From NCBI GenBank assembly GCA_964522235.1, contig CAZFUH010000001.1:1-38969 (forward strand): 38,969 nt of DNA, written 5' to 3'. Below are positions 19,235 to 28,612 of this stretch, one piece after another. Each line of letters starts with the position of its first letter. Positions within the stretch are counted from its first letter, which is position 1. The position numbers were made by a program, and so were the translations under genes. Source of the DNA: an uncultured Rhodanobacteraceae bacterium (GTDB lineage Bacteria; Pseudomonadota; Gammaproteobacteria; Xanthomonadales; UBA2363). Below the pieces are notes generated by a model. The model was not told where the DNA came from. It made no database searches and was given only the letters and a program-made list of their open reading frames with translations.

Positions 19235-19849
19235 ATGAAGAACCTCTTTGCCCGTGCCAAGTTCGGGCTTTCCGGACCGCGGCTGGCCGATCTGCCGTCC
19301 GACCACGGCCGCGAACTGGCGTTCGCCGGCCGTTCCAATGCCGGAAAATCCAGCGCGATCAACACCATCACCGGCATCGGCGGCCTCGCTCGTACCTCGC
19401 GTACGCCCGGCCGCACCCAGCATATCGTCGCCTTCGACCTTGATGAGAGTCATCGCCTGGTCGACCTGCCCGGCTACGGCTATGCCAAGGTGCCGATGGC
19501 GGTGCGCGAGCAATGGGGCAAGGATCTGGCCCAGTACTTCGATCAGCGCCAGTCTCTGATCGGCCTGGTCCTGATCATGGACGCCCGACATCCGCTCAAA
19601 GACAGCGACTGGCTGTTGCTGGAGGCCTGCGCCGACCGCAGCCTGCCGGCCCTGGTCCTGCTGACCAAGTCCGACAAGCTCAACCGAAGCGAGCAGCAGC
19701 TACTGCTGCGCCAGGTCCGACAGCGGCTGGCCGAGGGCGGCGCCGTCGTCGCCGCGCGCCTGTTCTCGTCGCACAAGCCGACGCAGCTCGACAGCCTGCG
19801 CGCCGAACTCGCCACCTGGCTCTACGACGGCGCAATCCCCGAAATCTGA
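19235..19849 (+). CDS. engB: Ribosome biogenesis GTPase EngB/YihA
   Basis: GRSNAGKSS, TPGRT, DLPGYG, TKSD. Confidence 0.95.
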   Translation: MKNLFARAKFGLSGPRLADLPSDHGRELAFAGRSNAGKSSAINTITGIGGLARTSRTPGRTQHIVAFDLDESHRLVDLPGYGYAKVPMAVREQWGKDLAQYFDQRQSLIGLVLIMDARHPLKDSDWLLLEACADRSLPALVLLTKSDKLNRSEQQLLLRQVRQRLAEGGAVVAARLFSSHKPTQLDSLRAELATWLYDGAIPEI

Positions 19850-20066
19850 CCCGCGCGCACCGCCCCCGAGCTTCATTCCGCACGACGCCCGAACGGGACC
19901 GCATTTCATGTCCTTGAATGGTCGTGCAATCGCCGCCGGTGATAGGCGGTTCGGCGAACGATCGTCGATGCTGCCAGGGCCCGTGGCTCGGCACGCCGGC
20001 GGCGCACTGGCTGCTGCGCTGCAATTGCGTCTATCCTCCTTGGTTCTCGACAGCGGCTGATTCGAC

Positions 20067-20597
20067 GTGGGCAACAAGCGGATTGATGCGATCACCGAGG
20101 CGGTGCCGGTGCTGGCGCCGGACCTGCGGCCCGCGGTGGATGCAGCGATCGCTGCGCACCGGCATCGCGCCGGCGCCCTGCTGCCGATCCTGCACGCGGT
20201 GCAGCAGTCTTTGGGCTGGATTCCGGAAGGCGCAGTGGCGCCGATCGCGCAGGCCTTGAATCTGTCCCGTGCCGACGTTCACGGCACGATCTCGTTCTAT
20301 CACGACTTCCGGCGCACGCCGCCGGGCCGGCACGTCGTGCGTGTGTGCGCGGCCGAGGCGTGCCAGGCGATGGGTGCGCGCGCGCTGCACGACCATGCCG
20401 AGCGCCGCCTCGGCATCCGCGGCCACGGCACCAGCCGCGATGGCCGCTTCACGCTGGAGCCAATTTACTGCCTGGGCAATTGCGCCTTGTCGCCGGCCCT
20501 GCTGTTCGATGGTGAGTTGCACGGCCGGATGACGCCAGCGCGATTCGATGCCCTGGTCAGCGACTGCCGGGCGGCGGACGACGTGGAGGCGGCATGA
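20067..20597 (+). CDS. fdsG: NAD+-dependent formate dehydrogenase gamma subunit (NuoE-like 2Fe-2S)
   Basis: LLPILH, NLSRADVHG..SFYHDF, CAAEAC, CLGNC. Confidence 0.9.
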   Translation: MGNKRIDAITEAVPVLAPDLRPAVDAAIAAHRHRAGALLPILHAVQQSLGWIPEGAVAPIAQALNLSRADVHGTISFYHDFRRTPPGRHVVRVCAAEACQAMGARALHDHAERRLGIRGHGTSRDGRFTLEPIYCLGNCALSPALLFDGELHGRMTPARFDALVSDCRAADDVEAA

Positions 20598-22132
20598 ATG
20601 CCGTGACCGTCCATGTGCCGGCGGATGCCGCCGCGGTCTCGGTCGGTGCCGACCGTGTCGCCGCTGCGCTCGCGGCCGAAGCCGCGCGTCGTGACGTCGA
20701 TCTGCATCTGCGTCGAAATGGTTCCCGCGGTGCGCTGTGGCTGGAGCCGATGCTCGAGGTCGGGACCCCGGCCGGCCGGATCGCATACGGTCCGGTCGAA
20801 CCCGAGCAGGTGCCCGCGCTGTTCGATGCCGGTTTTGTTCGCGGCGATGCGCATCCGTTGCGCCTGGGACCGGTCGACACCATTGCCTACCTGAAGCGGC
20901 AGGAGCGACTGTGCTTCGCGCGTGTCGGCGTCATCGATCCGCTCGATCTCGACGACTACCGCAGCCATGGCGGCTGGCGCGGGCTTGCGGCGGCGCTGGA
21001 GATGGCGCCGGCGCAGATCGTCGATGTCGTCACCGCTTCCGGCCTGCGCGGCCGGGGTGGCGCCGCGTTTCCGGCCGGAATCAAGTGGCGCACCGCCCTC
21101 GACGCCGAAGCCGGCTGCAAGTACATCGTCTGCAATGCCGACGAGGGCGACTCCGGCACCTTCTCCGATCGCATGCTGATCGAGGGCGATCCCTACTGCC
21201 TGATCGAGGGCATGATCATTGCCGGCCTGGCGGTCGGCGCCGAGTCCGGCTACATCTATCTGCGCAGCGAGTATCCGCACGCCGCCCGTATCCTCGATCA
21301 GGCCCTGCAGCGCACGCTCGCCGCCGGCGTGCTCGGCGACGACGTACTCGGCAGTGGCCGACGCTTTCATCTGGAGCTGCGGATCGGCGCCGGCGCCTAC
21401 ATCTGCGGCGAGGAAACCTCGCTGCTCGACAGTCTTGAGGGCAAGCGTGGTCAGGTGCGACCGAAGCCGCCGTTGCCGGCGATCCAGGGCCTGTTCGGTC
21501 GACCGACCGTGGTCAACAACGTCATCACCCTGGCCTCGGTGCCGTGGATACTCGCGCATGGCGCCGAGGCCTATCGCGATTTCGGCCTGGGCCGTTCGCG
21601 CGGCACCTTGCCGCTGCAACTGGCCGGCAACATCGCCCGCGGCGGCCTGGTCGAAAAGGCGTTCGGGCTGACCTTGCGCGAGCTGCTGTACGACTACGGC
21701 GGCGGCAGCGCCAGCGGCCGGCCGATCCGAGCCGTGCAGGTCGGCGGGCCGCTCGGCGCCTACCTGCCGGAGTCACAGTTCGACACGGCAATCGACTATG
21801 AGGCGTTCGCGGCGATTGGCGCCATGCTCGGTCACGGTGGCATCGTGGTATTCGACGACAGCGTCGACATGGCTGAGCAGGCGCGCTGGGCGATGCAGTT
21901 CTGCGCGATCGAATCCTGCGGCAAATGCACGCCGTGCCGGATCGGATCCGTGCGCGGCGTCGAGGTCCTTGATCGCTGGCGCAACGGTGTCGGCGATCCG
22001 GGTGAGCACGAGGAGCTGGTTCGTGACCTGTGCCGGACGATGCTGGACGGGTCGCTGTGCGCACTGGGCGGGATGGCGCCGTATCCGGTGCTCAGCGCGC
22101 TCGATCATTTCCCGGCGGATTTCCGGCGATGA
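20594..22132 (+). CDS. fdsB: Formate dehydrogenase beta subunit (NuoF-like, FMN/NADH-binding)
   Basis: SGLRGRGGAAFP, CNADEGDSG, GAGAYICGEET, ESCGKCTPCR, SLCALGG. Confidence 0.93.
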   Translation: MNAVTVHVPADAAAVSVGADRVAAALAAEAARRDVDLHLRRNGSRGALWLEPMLEVGTPAGRIAYGPVEPEQVPALFDAGFVRGDAHPLRLGPVDTIAYLKRQERLCFARVGVIDPLDLDDYRSHGGWRGLAAALEMAPAQIVDVVTASGLRGRGGAAFPAGIKWRTALDAEAGCKYIVCNADEGDSGTFSDRMLIEGDPYCLIEGMIIAGLAVGAESGYIYLRSEYPHAARILDQALQRTLAAGVLGDDVLGSGRRFHLELRIGAGAYICGEETSLLDSLEGKRGQVRPKPPLPAIQGLFGRPTVVNNVITLASVPWILAHGAEAYRDFGLGRSRGTLPLQLAGNIARGGLVEKAFGLTLRELLYDYGGGSASGRPIRAVQVGGPLGAYLPESQFDTAIDYEAFAAIGAMLGHGGIVVFDDSVDMAEQARWAMQFCAIESCGKCTPCRIGSVRGVEVLDRWRNGVGDPGEHEELVRDLCRTMLDGSLCALGGMAPYPVLSALDHFPADFRR

Positions 22133-22314
22133 CGCCGCTCGTGCGCACGCGTGGTTGTCCGCCGTTCCTTCTCACCGTGACAACGGGGAGAAGGAGCGTG
22201 AGGGCCGCGGCTCGATCTTTTCCCGGAGATTTCCGGCGATGATGCCGTTCGTGCACACACGAGGTCCGTTCCCTTTCCCCGTGACCATGGGGCGAAGGAA
22301 AGTGAAGACGTCGG
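22100..22314 (+). repeat. Imperfect tandem duplication (about 111 + 104 bp) of the fdsB 3' end plus a palindromic hairpin
   Basis: CTCGATCATTTCCCGGCGGATTTCCGGCGATGA at 22100 recurs as CTCGATCTTTTCCCGGAGATTTCCGGCGATGA at 22211. Hairpins CCTTCTCACCG-TGACAA-CGGGGAGAAGG and CCTTTCCCCG-TGACCA-TGGGGCGAAGG. Confidence 0.85.
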
Positions 22315-22368
22315 TGATGGAATTCCATGCCGCCCCGGCGGACCGTGGCGGTGACAGGAGGTGGTGTG

Positions 22369-25293
22369 ATGCGCTCGATCGATGATGTCGATCTGGGGAC
22401 GCCGGACCCGCAATTCGGACACCGCGAGGTGCTGCCATCCGTCGTCGTCGACATCGATGGTCGGCGGGTCGAGGTGCCGGCTGGCACCTCGGTGTTACGT
22501 GCGGCCGCCATCGCCGGAGCGAAGATTCCGAAACTGTGCGCGACCGACAGCGTCGAAGCATTTGGTTCCTGCCGGTTGTGCGTGGTCGAGATCGAAGGCC
22601 GCAAGGGCTATCCGGCCTCGTGTACGACGCCGGTCGCCGACGGCATGCAGGTGCGCACGCACAGCGATGCACTCGCGCGACTACGCCGCGGCGTCATGGA
22701 GCTGTACATCTCCGATCACCCATTGGATTGTCTGACCTGTACCGCGAACGGACACTGCGAATTGCAGGACATGGCAGGTGCAGTCGGCCTGCGCGAAGTG
22801 CGCTATGGCTACGATGGCGACAACCATGTCCAGCCGGACGGCCCCGAGGGCGAGGCCAATCCGCTGTATCGCGGCAAGGACGAATCGAATCCCTACTTCA
22901 GTTTCGACCCGAGCAAGTGCATCGTCTGCTCGCGTTGTGTACGCGCGTGTGCCGAGCAGCAGGGCACCTTCGCGCTGACCATCGCCGGTCGTGGCTTTGA
23001 CTCCCATGTCGCCGCGTCGCAGGAACAGTCGTTCCTGGACTCCGAGTGCGTCAGCTGCGGCGCCTGCGTGCAGGCGTGCCCGACCGCGACCCTGAGTGAG
23101 AATTCGATCATCGAGCACGGCCAGCCGGAGCGCAGCGTGGTCACCACCTGCGCCTATTGCGGAGTCGGCTGTTCATTCCGGGCTGAGCTGCGTGGCGAGC
23201 AATTGCTGCGGATGGCGCCGAATCCCGATGGCGGCGCCAATCACGGCCATGCCTGCGTCAAGGGCCGGTTCGCGTTCGGTTACGCCACCCACCCGGACCG
23301 GATCACGACGCCGATGATCCGCGGCTCGATCCATGAACCGTGGCGTCAAGTCGGCTGGGACGAGGCGATTGCCCATGCCGCGCGCGAGTTCCAACGCATC
23401 CAGGCCACCTACGGCCAGTACTCGATCGGCGGCATCACCTCGTCGCGCTGCACCAACGAGGAAACCTATCTGGTGCAGAAGCTGGTCCGGGCAGCGTTCG
23501 GCAACAACAACGTCGACACCTGTGCCCGGGTCTGCCATTCGCCAACCGGCTACGGGTTGAAGCAGACCCTGGGCGAATCGGCCGGCACGCAGAACTTTGA
23601 CTCGGTACTGCAAGCCGACGTCATCATCGTCATCGGCGCCAATCCGACCGACGGCCATCCGGTGTTTGCCTCGCAGATGAAGCGGCGACTGCGCCAGGGT
23701 GCGCGCCTGATCGTCATCGATCCGCGCCGAATCGATCTGGTGCGCTCGCCGCACGTTCGCGCCGAATATTTCCTGCAGCTGCGGCCGGGCACCAATGTCG
23801 CAGTGCTGACCGCCATGGCCCATGCCATCGTCACCGAAAATCTGATCGACGACGAGTTCGTTGAGCGCCGCTGCGAGCCGGAGCCATTCCGACGCTGGCG
23901 CGAGTTCGTTGCCGATCCCTCGCGTTCCCCGGAAGCAGTCGAAGCCGAAACCGGCGTGCCTGCGGCCGAACTACGCGCCGCCGCACGCCTGTACGCAACC
24001 GGCGGCAATGGCGCAATCTACTACGGCCTCGGCGTTACCGAGCACTCCCAGGGTTCGACCGCGGTGATGGCGATCGCGAACCTGGCGATGGCCACCGGCA
24101 ACATCGGCCGGGCCGGTGTTGGCGTCAACCCGCTGCGCGGCCAGAACAATGTCCAGGGCTCCTGCGACATGGGCTCGTTCCCGCACGAACTCCCCGGCTA
24201 TCGGCACATCGCCGATGCCCAGACCCGCGCTGTGTTCGAGCGCGAATGGGGTGTGCACCTGCACGATGAACCCGGGTTGCGCATTCCAAACATGTTCGAG
24301 GCGGCGCTGGACGGTGAGTTCAAGGGCATCTACATCCAGGGCGAGGATCTGGCCCAGTCCGATCCGAACACCCAGCACGTCAGCGCGGCATTGGCGGCGA
24401 TGGAATGCGTGGTCGTACACGATCTGTTTCTGAACGAGACCGCGAAGTTCGCCCATGTGTTCCTGCCCGGCGCAAGTTTTCTGGAGAAGGACGGCACCTT
24501 CACCAATGCCGAGCGCCGGATTTCCCGCGTGCGCCGGGTCATGGCGCCGAAGGCCGGCTATGCCGACTGGCAGGCGACACAACTGCTGGCGCAGGCGATG
24601 GGCTATCCAATGCACTACGAGCATCCGGAACAGATCATGGCCGAGATCGCCCGCCTCACGCCGAGCTTCCATGGCGTCAGCTACGAGCGCCTGGATCGAG
24701 CCGGCAGCCTGCAATGGCCATGCAACCAGGCCCAGCCCGAAGGCACGCCGACCATGCATGTCGACACCTTCGTCCGCGGCCTGGGGAAGTTCATGCTGAC
24801 GCCATACGTGCCGACGCGCGAGAAGATCAACGCCAGGTATCCGCTGGTCCTGACCACCGGCCGGATCCTGAGCCAGTACAACGTCGGTGCGCAGACCCGG
24901 CGCACCGACAACGTGGTCTGGCACGACGAGGACCGGCTGGAGATCCATCCGGAGGATGCGCAGCAACGCGGCATCGGCGACGGCGACTGGGTCGGCATCG
25001 CCAGCCGCGTTGGTCAGACCGTGCTGCGCGCCCGAATCAGTGATCGCGTGCAGGTTGGCATCGTCTATACGACCTTTCATTTCCCGTTCTCTGGCGCGAA
25101 CGTCGTCACCACCGAGAATTCGGACTGGGCGACGAACTGTCCCGAATACAAGGTCACGGCGGTGCAGGTGACGCGGGTCAGCCAGCCGTCGGATTGGCAG
25201 GCGCGGTATCGCGCGTTCAGTGACAAGCAGCGCGGGCTTGCCGCGGCTGCCGGCGATGGTGCGGCTGCGAAGGTTGGCGAGGCTGCGGGGTGA
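22369..25293 (+). CDS. fdsA: Formate dehydrogenase alpha subunit (bis-MGD molybdoenzyme, Cys ligand)
   Basis: IPKLC..GSCRLC, HPLDC, CIVCSRCVRAC, CAYCGVGC, DTCARVCH, LRGQNNVQG; AGGAGG RBS before ATG 22369. Confidence 0.95.
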   Translation: MRSIDDVDLGTPDPQFGHREVLPSVVVDIDGRRVEVPAGTSVLRAAAIAGAKIPKLCATDSVEAFGSCRLCVVEIEGRKGYPASCTTPVADGMQVRTHSDALARLRRGVMELYISDHPLDCLTCTANGHCELQDMAGAVGLREVRYGYDGDNHVQPDGPEGEANPLYRGKDESNPYFSFDPSKCIVCSRCVRACAEQQGTFALTIAGRGFDSHVAASQEQSFLDSECVSCGACVQACPTATLSENSIIEHGQPERSVVTTCAYCGVGCSFRAELRGEQLLRMAPNPDGGANHGHACVKGRFAFGYATHPDRITTPMIRGSIHEPWRQVGWDEAIAHAAREFQRIQATYGQYSIGGITSSRCTNEETYLVQKLVRAAFGNNNVDTCARVCHSPTGYGLKQTLGESAGTQNFDSVLQADVIIVIGANPTDGHPVFASQMKRRLRQGARLIVIDPRRIDLVRSPHVRAEYFLQLRPGTNVAVLTAMAHAIVTENLIDDEFVERRCEPEPFRRWREFVADPSRSPEAVEAETGVPAAELRAAARLYATGGNGAIYYGLGVTEHSQGSTAVMAIANLAMATGNIGRAGVGVNPLRGQNNVQGSCDMGSFPHELPGYRHIADAQTRAVFEREWGVHLHDEPGLRIPNMFEAALDGEFKGIYIQGEDLAQSDPNTQHVSAALAAMECVVVHDLFLNETAKFAHVFLPGASFLEKDGTFTNAERRISRVRRVMAPKAGYADWQATQLLAQAMGYPMHYEHPEQIMAEIARLTPSFHGVSYERLDRAGSLQWPCNQAQPEGTPTMHVDTFVRGLGKFMLTPYVPTREKINARYPLVLTTGRILSQYNVGAQTRRTDNVVWHDEDRLEIHPEDAQQRGIGDGDWVGIASRVGQTVLRARISDRVQVGIVYTTFHFPFSGANVVTTENSDWATNCPEYKVTAVQVTRVSQPSDWQARYRAFSDKQRGLAAAAGDGAAAKVGEAAG

Positions 25294-25410
25294 TGCTGAG
25301 TTTGTGGCGTACTCCAGTCGATCCGTCATCGTTGCAGGTGCGGACAGTCGCCCCCCTTCTTCGAGCGCATTCGACTCTCACTCCTCTGCACTCACTCCCC
25401 GCTTGACCGC

Positions 25411-26217
25411 ATGAAAGGCGCAAGCACACGACCAGTATGGCGGCAGCGTGACGGTGCGATCGAGCATCTCGACGATGCCATTGCCGCCGAGGTGCCGGTG
25501 GCGCTGACATACAACAGCGTGGCCTTCGCCGTGATGATGGCGACGCCGGATGATCTTGAGGATTTCGCGTTCGGTTTCTCGCTCGCGGAGGGGATCGTCG
25601 ACGCAGCCGACGAAGTTGAGGTCGAGACGATCGCCGAGCAACTCGACGGCATTGTCATCGAGATGCGGATTCCGGCGTCGCGCGCGCAGGCGCTGGCGGC
25701 TCGGCGCCGCAACCTGGCCGGCTACAGCGGCTGCGGCATCTGCGGCAGCGCCGAGATCGAGGCCGTGCTGCGGCCACCGCGTGCGTCGCACAGCATCATC
25801 GAAATCGACACCGATGCGCTGCGGCGCGCGCTGCATGAGCTGACGCTGCGGCAACCGCTGAATGAACGTACCGGAGCGACCCATGCCGCGGCCTGGGCGG
25901 CCGCAGCCGGCGAGTTGCAGCTGGTGCGCGAGGACGTCGGCCGCCACAATGCGCTTGACAAACTGATCGGCGCGATGGTCCGGGGCGGTATTGATGCCGG
26001 CGCCGGATTCGCCGTGGTCAGCAGCCGCGCCAGCTATGAACTGGTGCAGAAGGCGGCCCAGGCCGGCATTGGCTTGCTTGCTGCGATCTCGGCGCCGACG
26101 GCGCTGGCGATCGATCTGGCCGAGCGCGCCGGTCTGACTCTGGTCGGATTCGCCCGCGATGACGGCCAGGCCGTATACAGTCACCCCCGACGGCTGCGCG
26201 GCGCGGCACCAAACTGA
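25411..26217 (+). CDS. fdhD: Formate dehydrogenase sulfurtransferase FdhD/FdsC
   Basis: MMATPDDLEDFA, SGCGICG, TGATHAA, REDVGRHNALDKLIG; start codon uncertain. Confidence 0.93.
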   Translation: MKGASTRPVWRQRDGAIEHLDDAIAAEVPVALTYNSVAFAVMMATPDDLEDFAFGFSLAEGIVDAADEVEVETIAEQLDGIVIEMRIPASRAQALAARRRNLAGYSGCGICGSAEIEAVLRPPRASHSIIEIDTDALRRALHELTLRQPLNERTGATHAAAWAAAAGELQLVREDVGRHNALDKLIGAMVRGGIDAGAGFAVVSSRASYELVQKAAQAGIGLLAAISAPTALAIDLAERAGLTLVGFARDDGQAVYSHPRRLRGAAPN

Positions 26218-26224
26218 GCGCCTG

Positions 26225-26455
26225 ATGATGTCCCGAACCGCAATCCTGGTGCAGATGGCGAACGACATCGCCGACTACTTCGCCGCCGAGCCGGACCACG
26301 CGCAGGGCGTCGAAGGCGTGCTCGGCCATCTCCAGCGCTTCTGGGACCCGCGCATGCGTCGCAAGCTCGCCGAGCACGTGCGCAGCACCGGCGGCGGCGA
26401 CCTCAGCCCGCTCGCCCGCGAAGCCGCGCTGCGCCTCGGCAAGGCCGCCACCTGA
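26225..26455 (+). CDS. fdsD: Formate dehydrogenase delta subunit
   Basis: LVQMANDIADYF, HLQRFWDPRMR; last gene of fdsGBACD. Confidence 0.9.
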   Translation: MMSRTAILVQMANDIADYFAAEPDHAQGVEGVLGHLQRFWDPRMRRKLAEHVRSTGGGDLSPLAREAALRLGKAAT

Positions 26456-26492
26456 CGCCAACGCGGATCCCTGCGGAGCGACACGTCGCAGT

Positions 26493-27077
26493 TCAGATCA
26501 ACTCATCGTATGCAATGGACTCCGTACTGCGCTCGCGCCACGGTTCAGTACATGCGTCTCGCAACGGTACTTCGACGGGAGCAGGCAGCACCGTACACCG
26601 ATCCTTGCCGCCCTTGCCGCGACGTACCATGACCTGATGACGATCGAAATCGACATCCTGCACACGCAGGCGCAGCGCCTCGAGCAGGCGCAAGCCACTG
26701 CCGTAGAGCAGGCAGGCGACCAACCACGGGGTTCCATACATCTGGCCAAGCAGCGCCTGCACCTCCGCTTTCGACAGCACGGTCGGCGGTCGTTCGGGCC
26801 GCTTCGCCCGGCGGATATCCTCTAGCCAGGGCAGCTCAATCCCCAGCACCTCCCGGTACAGAAACAGAAAGGCAGCCAGCGCCTGGTTCTGCGTCGATGC
26901 AGCGACCCCGCCGCGCACTGCCAGATGGGTCAGGAAGGCTTCGATCTCGTTCTTGCCCATCTCCGCCGGATGCAGTTTGCCACTCGCCAGAATGAAGCGT
27001 CGGATCCAGCAGCAATGGACTTCCTCGGTGCGTCGAGCCAGTCCGAGCCGCCGGATGCGTGCACGAACCCGATCCAT
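26493..27077 (-). pseudogene. intI: Integron integrase IntI, C-terminally truncated
   Basis: IntI hallmarks RRTEE..WIRRFI, VAASTQNQALAAFLFLYREVL, LLYGSGLRLLE, RRGKGGKDR.TVLP. Similarity stops near residue 172, so the IntI patch, HxxRH and catalytic Tyr are missing. A possible extra frameshift lies in the C6 run upstream (alternative ATG at 27150). Confidence 0.9.
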
Positions 27078-27299
27078 GAGTCGGGGCTGACTCTGGTGTC
27101 CGGGATCGGGGGGAGCCGAGTGCCGGTGGCGTCTGCGGAGAGGATGACATTGAGCCGAGTCGAGCGATGGAAAAGCGGCCAGATTGGGCTGCCGGATTAG
27201 GCGGCGTGAATCGGATCATGCCGCTGAAAACCATCGGAATTCTCCGATACCGCGACTCCCGCAGCCCATGCTACGCTGCCGCATATCACGGCGATTCCT

Positions 27300-27323
27300 C
27301 GCCGATTTGTAGTTGGGTCTTGG
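27300..27323 (+). other. Candidate attI site / 5' boundary of the first cassette
   Basis: GTTRRRY core GTTGGGT at 27312, upstream of and divergent from intI. GTTGGGTCTTGG (27312-27323) is the reverse complement, at 11/12 positions, of CCAAGACCTAAC (27810-27821) at the cassette 3' end. Confidence 0.7.
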
Positions 27324-27336
27324 TGTGGGATTCGCA

Positions 27337-27831
27337 ATGTCTTGGCTGGGTGACATCCTTAAGCAACTTGAGATATCCAAGGCCTTCACCGGCGCAATTT
27401 TCGTAAGTACGCTTACTGTTCTAGTGGCGCCACGATTCTTCCCAGAGGCTTTTGACTCAGTTCCTGGCCAATGGCGTTGGTTAGTGAGCGGCGCATGCAT
27501 ATTCAGCGGCGCACTTCTTGCCATATGGGCGGCTCAACCCCTCTGGCGCTTCTTCGTCCGTGCGCCCGGGCTTATTCTCAACAACCCTAAGATCCGCACT
27601 CCTTCAGACAAAGAGCTAGGATTTCTTGCGTTCCTTGGTGAGAATTATCCCAATGATTCTGCGCACCTCGACCACATTCAACATGACCATATTTCCAAGC
27701 TAGAGGCGCTGCAAATGTGCTTCGGGCTACAGCGCAAGGGACTTGTGCGCGTCAACCCGTTTGAGACAAATCTTGTCAGCCTCACCCCTGAGGGCCGAGA
27801 GTATGCAAGCCAAGACCTAACGCGGCGTTAG
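27337..27831 (+). CDS. Cassette 1: two-TM protein with a winged-helix-like C-terminus (architecture resembles superinfection exclusion protein B)
   Basis: Visibly AT-richer than the flanks; two hydrophobic segments, then SDKELGFLAFL...LQRKGLV...SLTPEGREYA. Family link is tentative. Confidence 0.7.
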   Translation: MSWLGDILKQLEISKAFTGAIFVSTLTVLVAPRFFPEAFDSVPGQWRWLVSGACIFSGALLAIWAAQPLWRFFVRAPGLILNNPKIRTPSDKELGFLAFLGENYPNDSAHLDHIQHDHISKLEALQMCFGLQRKGLVRVNPFETNLVSLTPEGREYASQDLTRR

Positions 27832-27833
27832 GC
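27815..27833 (+). other. Collapsed attC: only the R'' and R' boxes remain
   Basis: ACCTAAC-GCGGC-GTTAGGC, i.e. RYYYAAC and GTTRRRY 5 bp apart with no L boxes. Confidence 0.65.
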
Positions 27834-27864
27834 GTCATGCGCGCCCCTGTGCGATCCTTGACGG

Positions 27865-28065
27865 ATGAACGTACAGGAAGTCTTGGAGCGGCTGCTTGCT
27901 GACGGCTGGCGAGTCGTTCGCCAGAAGGGAAGCCACCGGCAGCTTCAGCATCCGCAGAAACCCGGAACGGTAACCGTCGCAGGCAGGCCCAGCATCGATG
28001 TACCCCCGGGAACACTGAACAGCATCCTCAAGCAGGCTGGGCTAAAGCAATTAGGTGCCCCATGA
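27865..28065 (+). CDS. hicA: HicA family toxin
   Basis: GWRVVRQKGSHRQLQHP..PGTVTV, PGTLNSILKQAGL. Confidence 0.92.
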   Translation: MNVQEVLERLLADGWRVVRQKGSHRQLQHPQKPGTVTVAGRPSIDVPPGTLNSILKQAGLKQLGAP

Positions 28066-28274
28066 AGTACATGATTGTCGTAGAGCGCGGCCCCACGAGC
28101 TTCGGAGCGTACGTTCCGGATCTGCCAGGCTGTGTCGCCGCGGGGGAGTCTCGAGAAGAGGTTCTGGAACTAATTCGTGAAGCCATTGAGCTTCATCTCG
28201 AAGGGCTACGCGCGCAGGGCGAGGAGCCGCCGCAACCGAGCTCATCGAGTGAGACGGTCGACGTAGCCGCATAA
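28062..28274 (+). CDS. hicB: HicB family antitoxin, short form without DNA-binding domain
   Basis: AYVPDLPGCVAAGESREE..IREAIELHLE; ATGA overlap with hicA. Confidence 0.92.
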   Translation: MKYMIVVERGPTSFGAYVPDLPGCVAAGESREEVLELIREAIELHLEGLRAQGEEPPQPSSSSETVDVAA

Positions 28275-28323
28275 CGGCTAAGGATAGATCGCGCGCAGCC
28301 GCGATCTGATCCGGTTGTTGAAC
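28269..28323 (+). other. Candidate attC site (55 bp) closing the hicAB cassette
   Basis: GCATAAC overlaps the hicB stop and matches the complement of the upstream GTTAGGC at 6/7; central stem GGAT-AGATCGCG...CGCGATCT-G-ATCC with one bulged base; ends in GTTGAAC. Confidence 0.6.
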
Positions 28324-28348
28324 AAGCACGGTCAGGCTTGCCGACACC
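28280..28348 (+). repeat. 69-bp dispersed repeat, copy A
   Basis: Ungapped 56/69 identity (hand count) to 34307-34375. Confidence 0.8.
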
Positions 28349-28560
28349 TTACCTATAGGAAATAGCTTTTTCGGCGTGGCGCTTCAGCGATTGTCGATCG
28401 CGTGGATTGAGGCGGATCGACGTCGGGTGCGCAGCGCAAGCGGCCGACCGCGGCCTCGATCGGTCGGCCTGGCACGGGAAGCTGCGCAAATTCCCCTGTT
28501 TGCGGCGTAGCCCGCCCGTCAAGGCACCCGGCCTCGAAACTCGATGTTCGTCCTGGCGTC

Positions 28561-28611
28561 TTCCTCGTGCAGGTCGTTCGAGTCACGCCGCACGACTACC
28601 GGAGCAATTGA
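28561..28611 (+). pseudogene. 3' remnant of a RelE/HigB-like toxin gene
   Basis: Reads FLVQVVRVTPHDYRSN* and stops 1 nt before the Xre antitoxin ATG. This C-terminus is recalled from toxins paired with this antitoxin type; the rest of the gene is absent. Confidence 0.55.
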
Positions 28612-28612
28612 G

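Noticed and set aside
22100-22314. Possible mini CRISPR array
   Set aside because: Only two units, the would-be spacers are themselves homologous, the unit includes fdsB coding sequence, and no cas genes are present.
22369-25293. Selenocysteine in FdsA
   Set aside because: The active-site residue is Cys (DTCARVCH) and there is no internal TGA.
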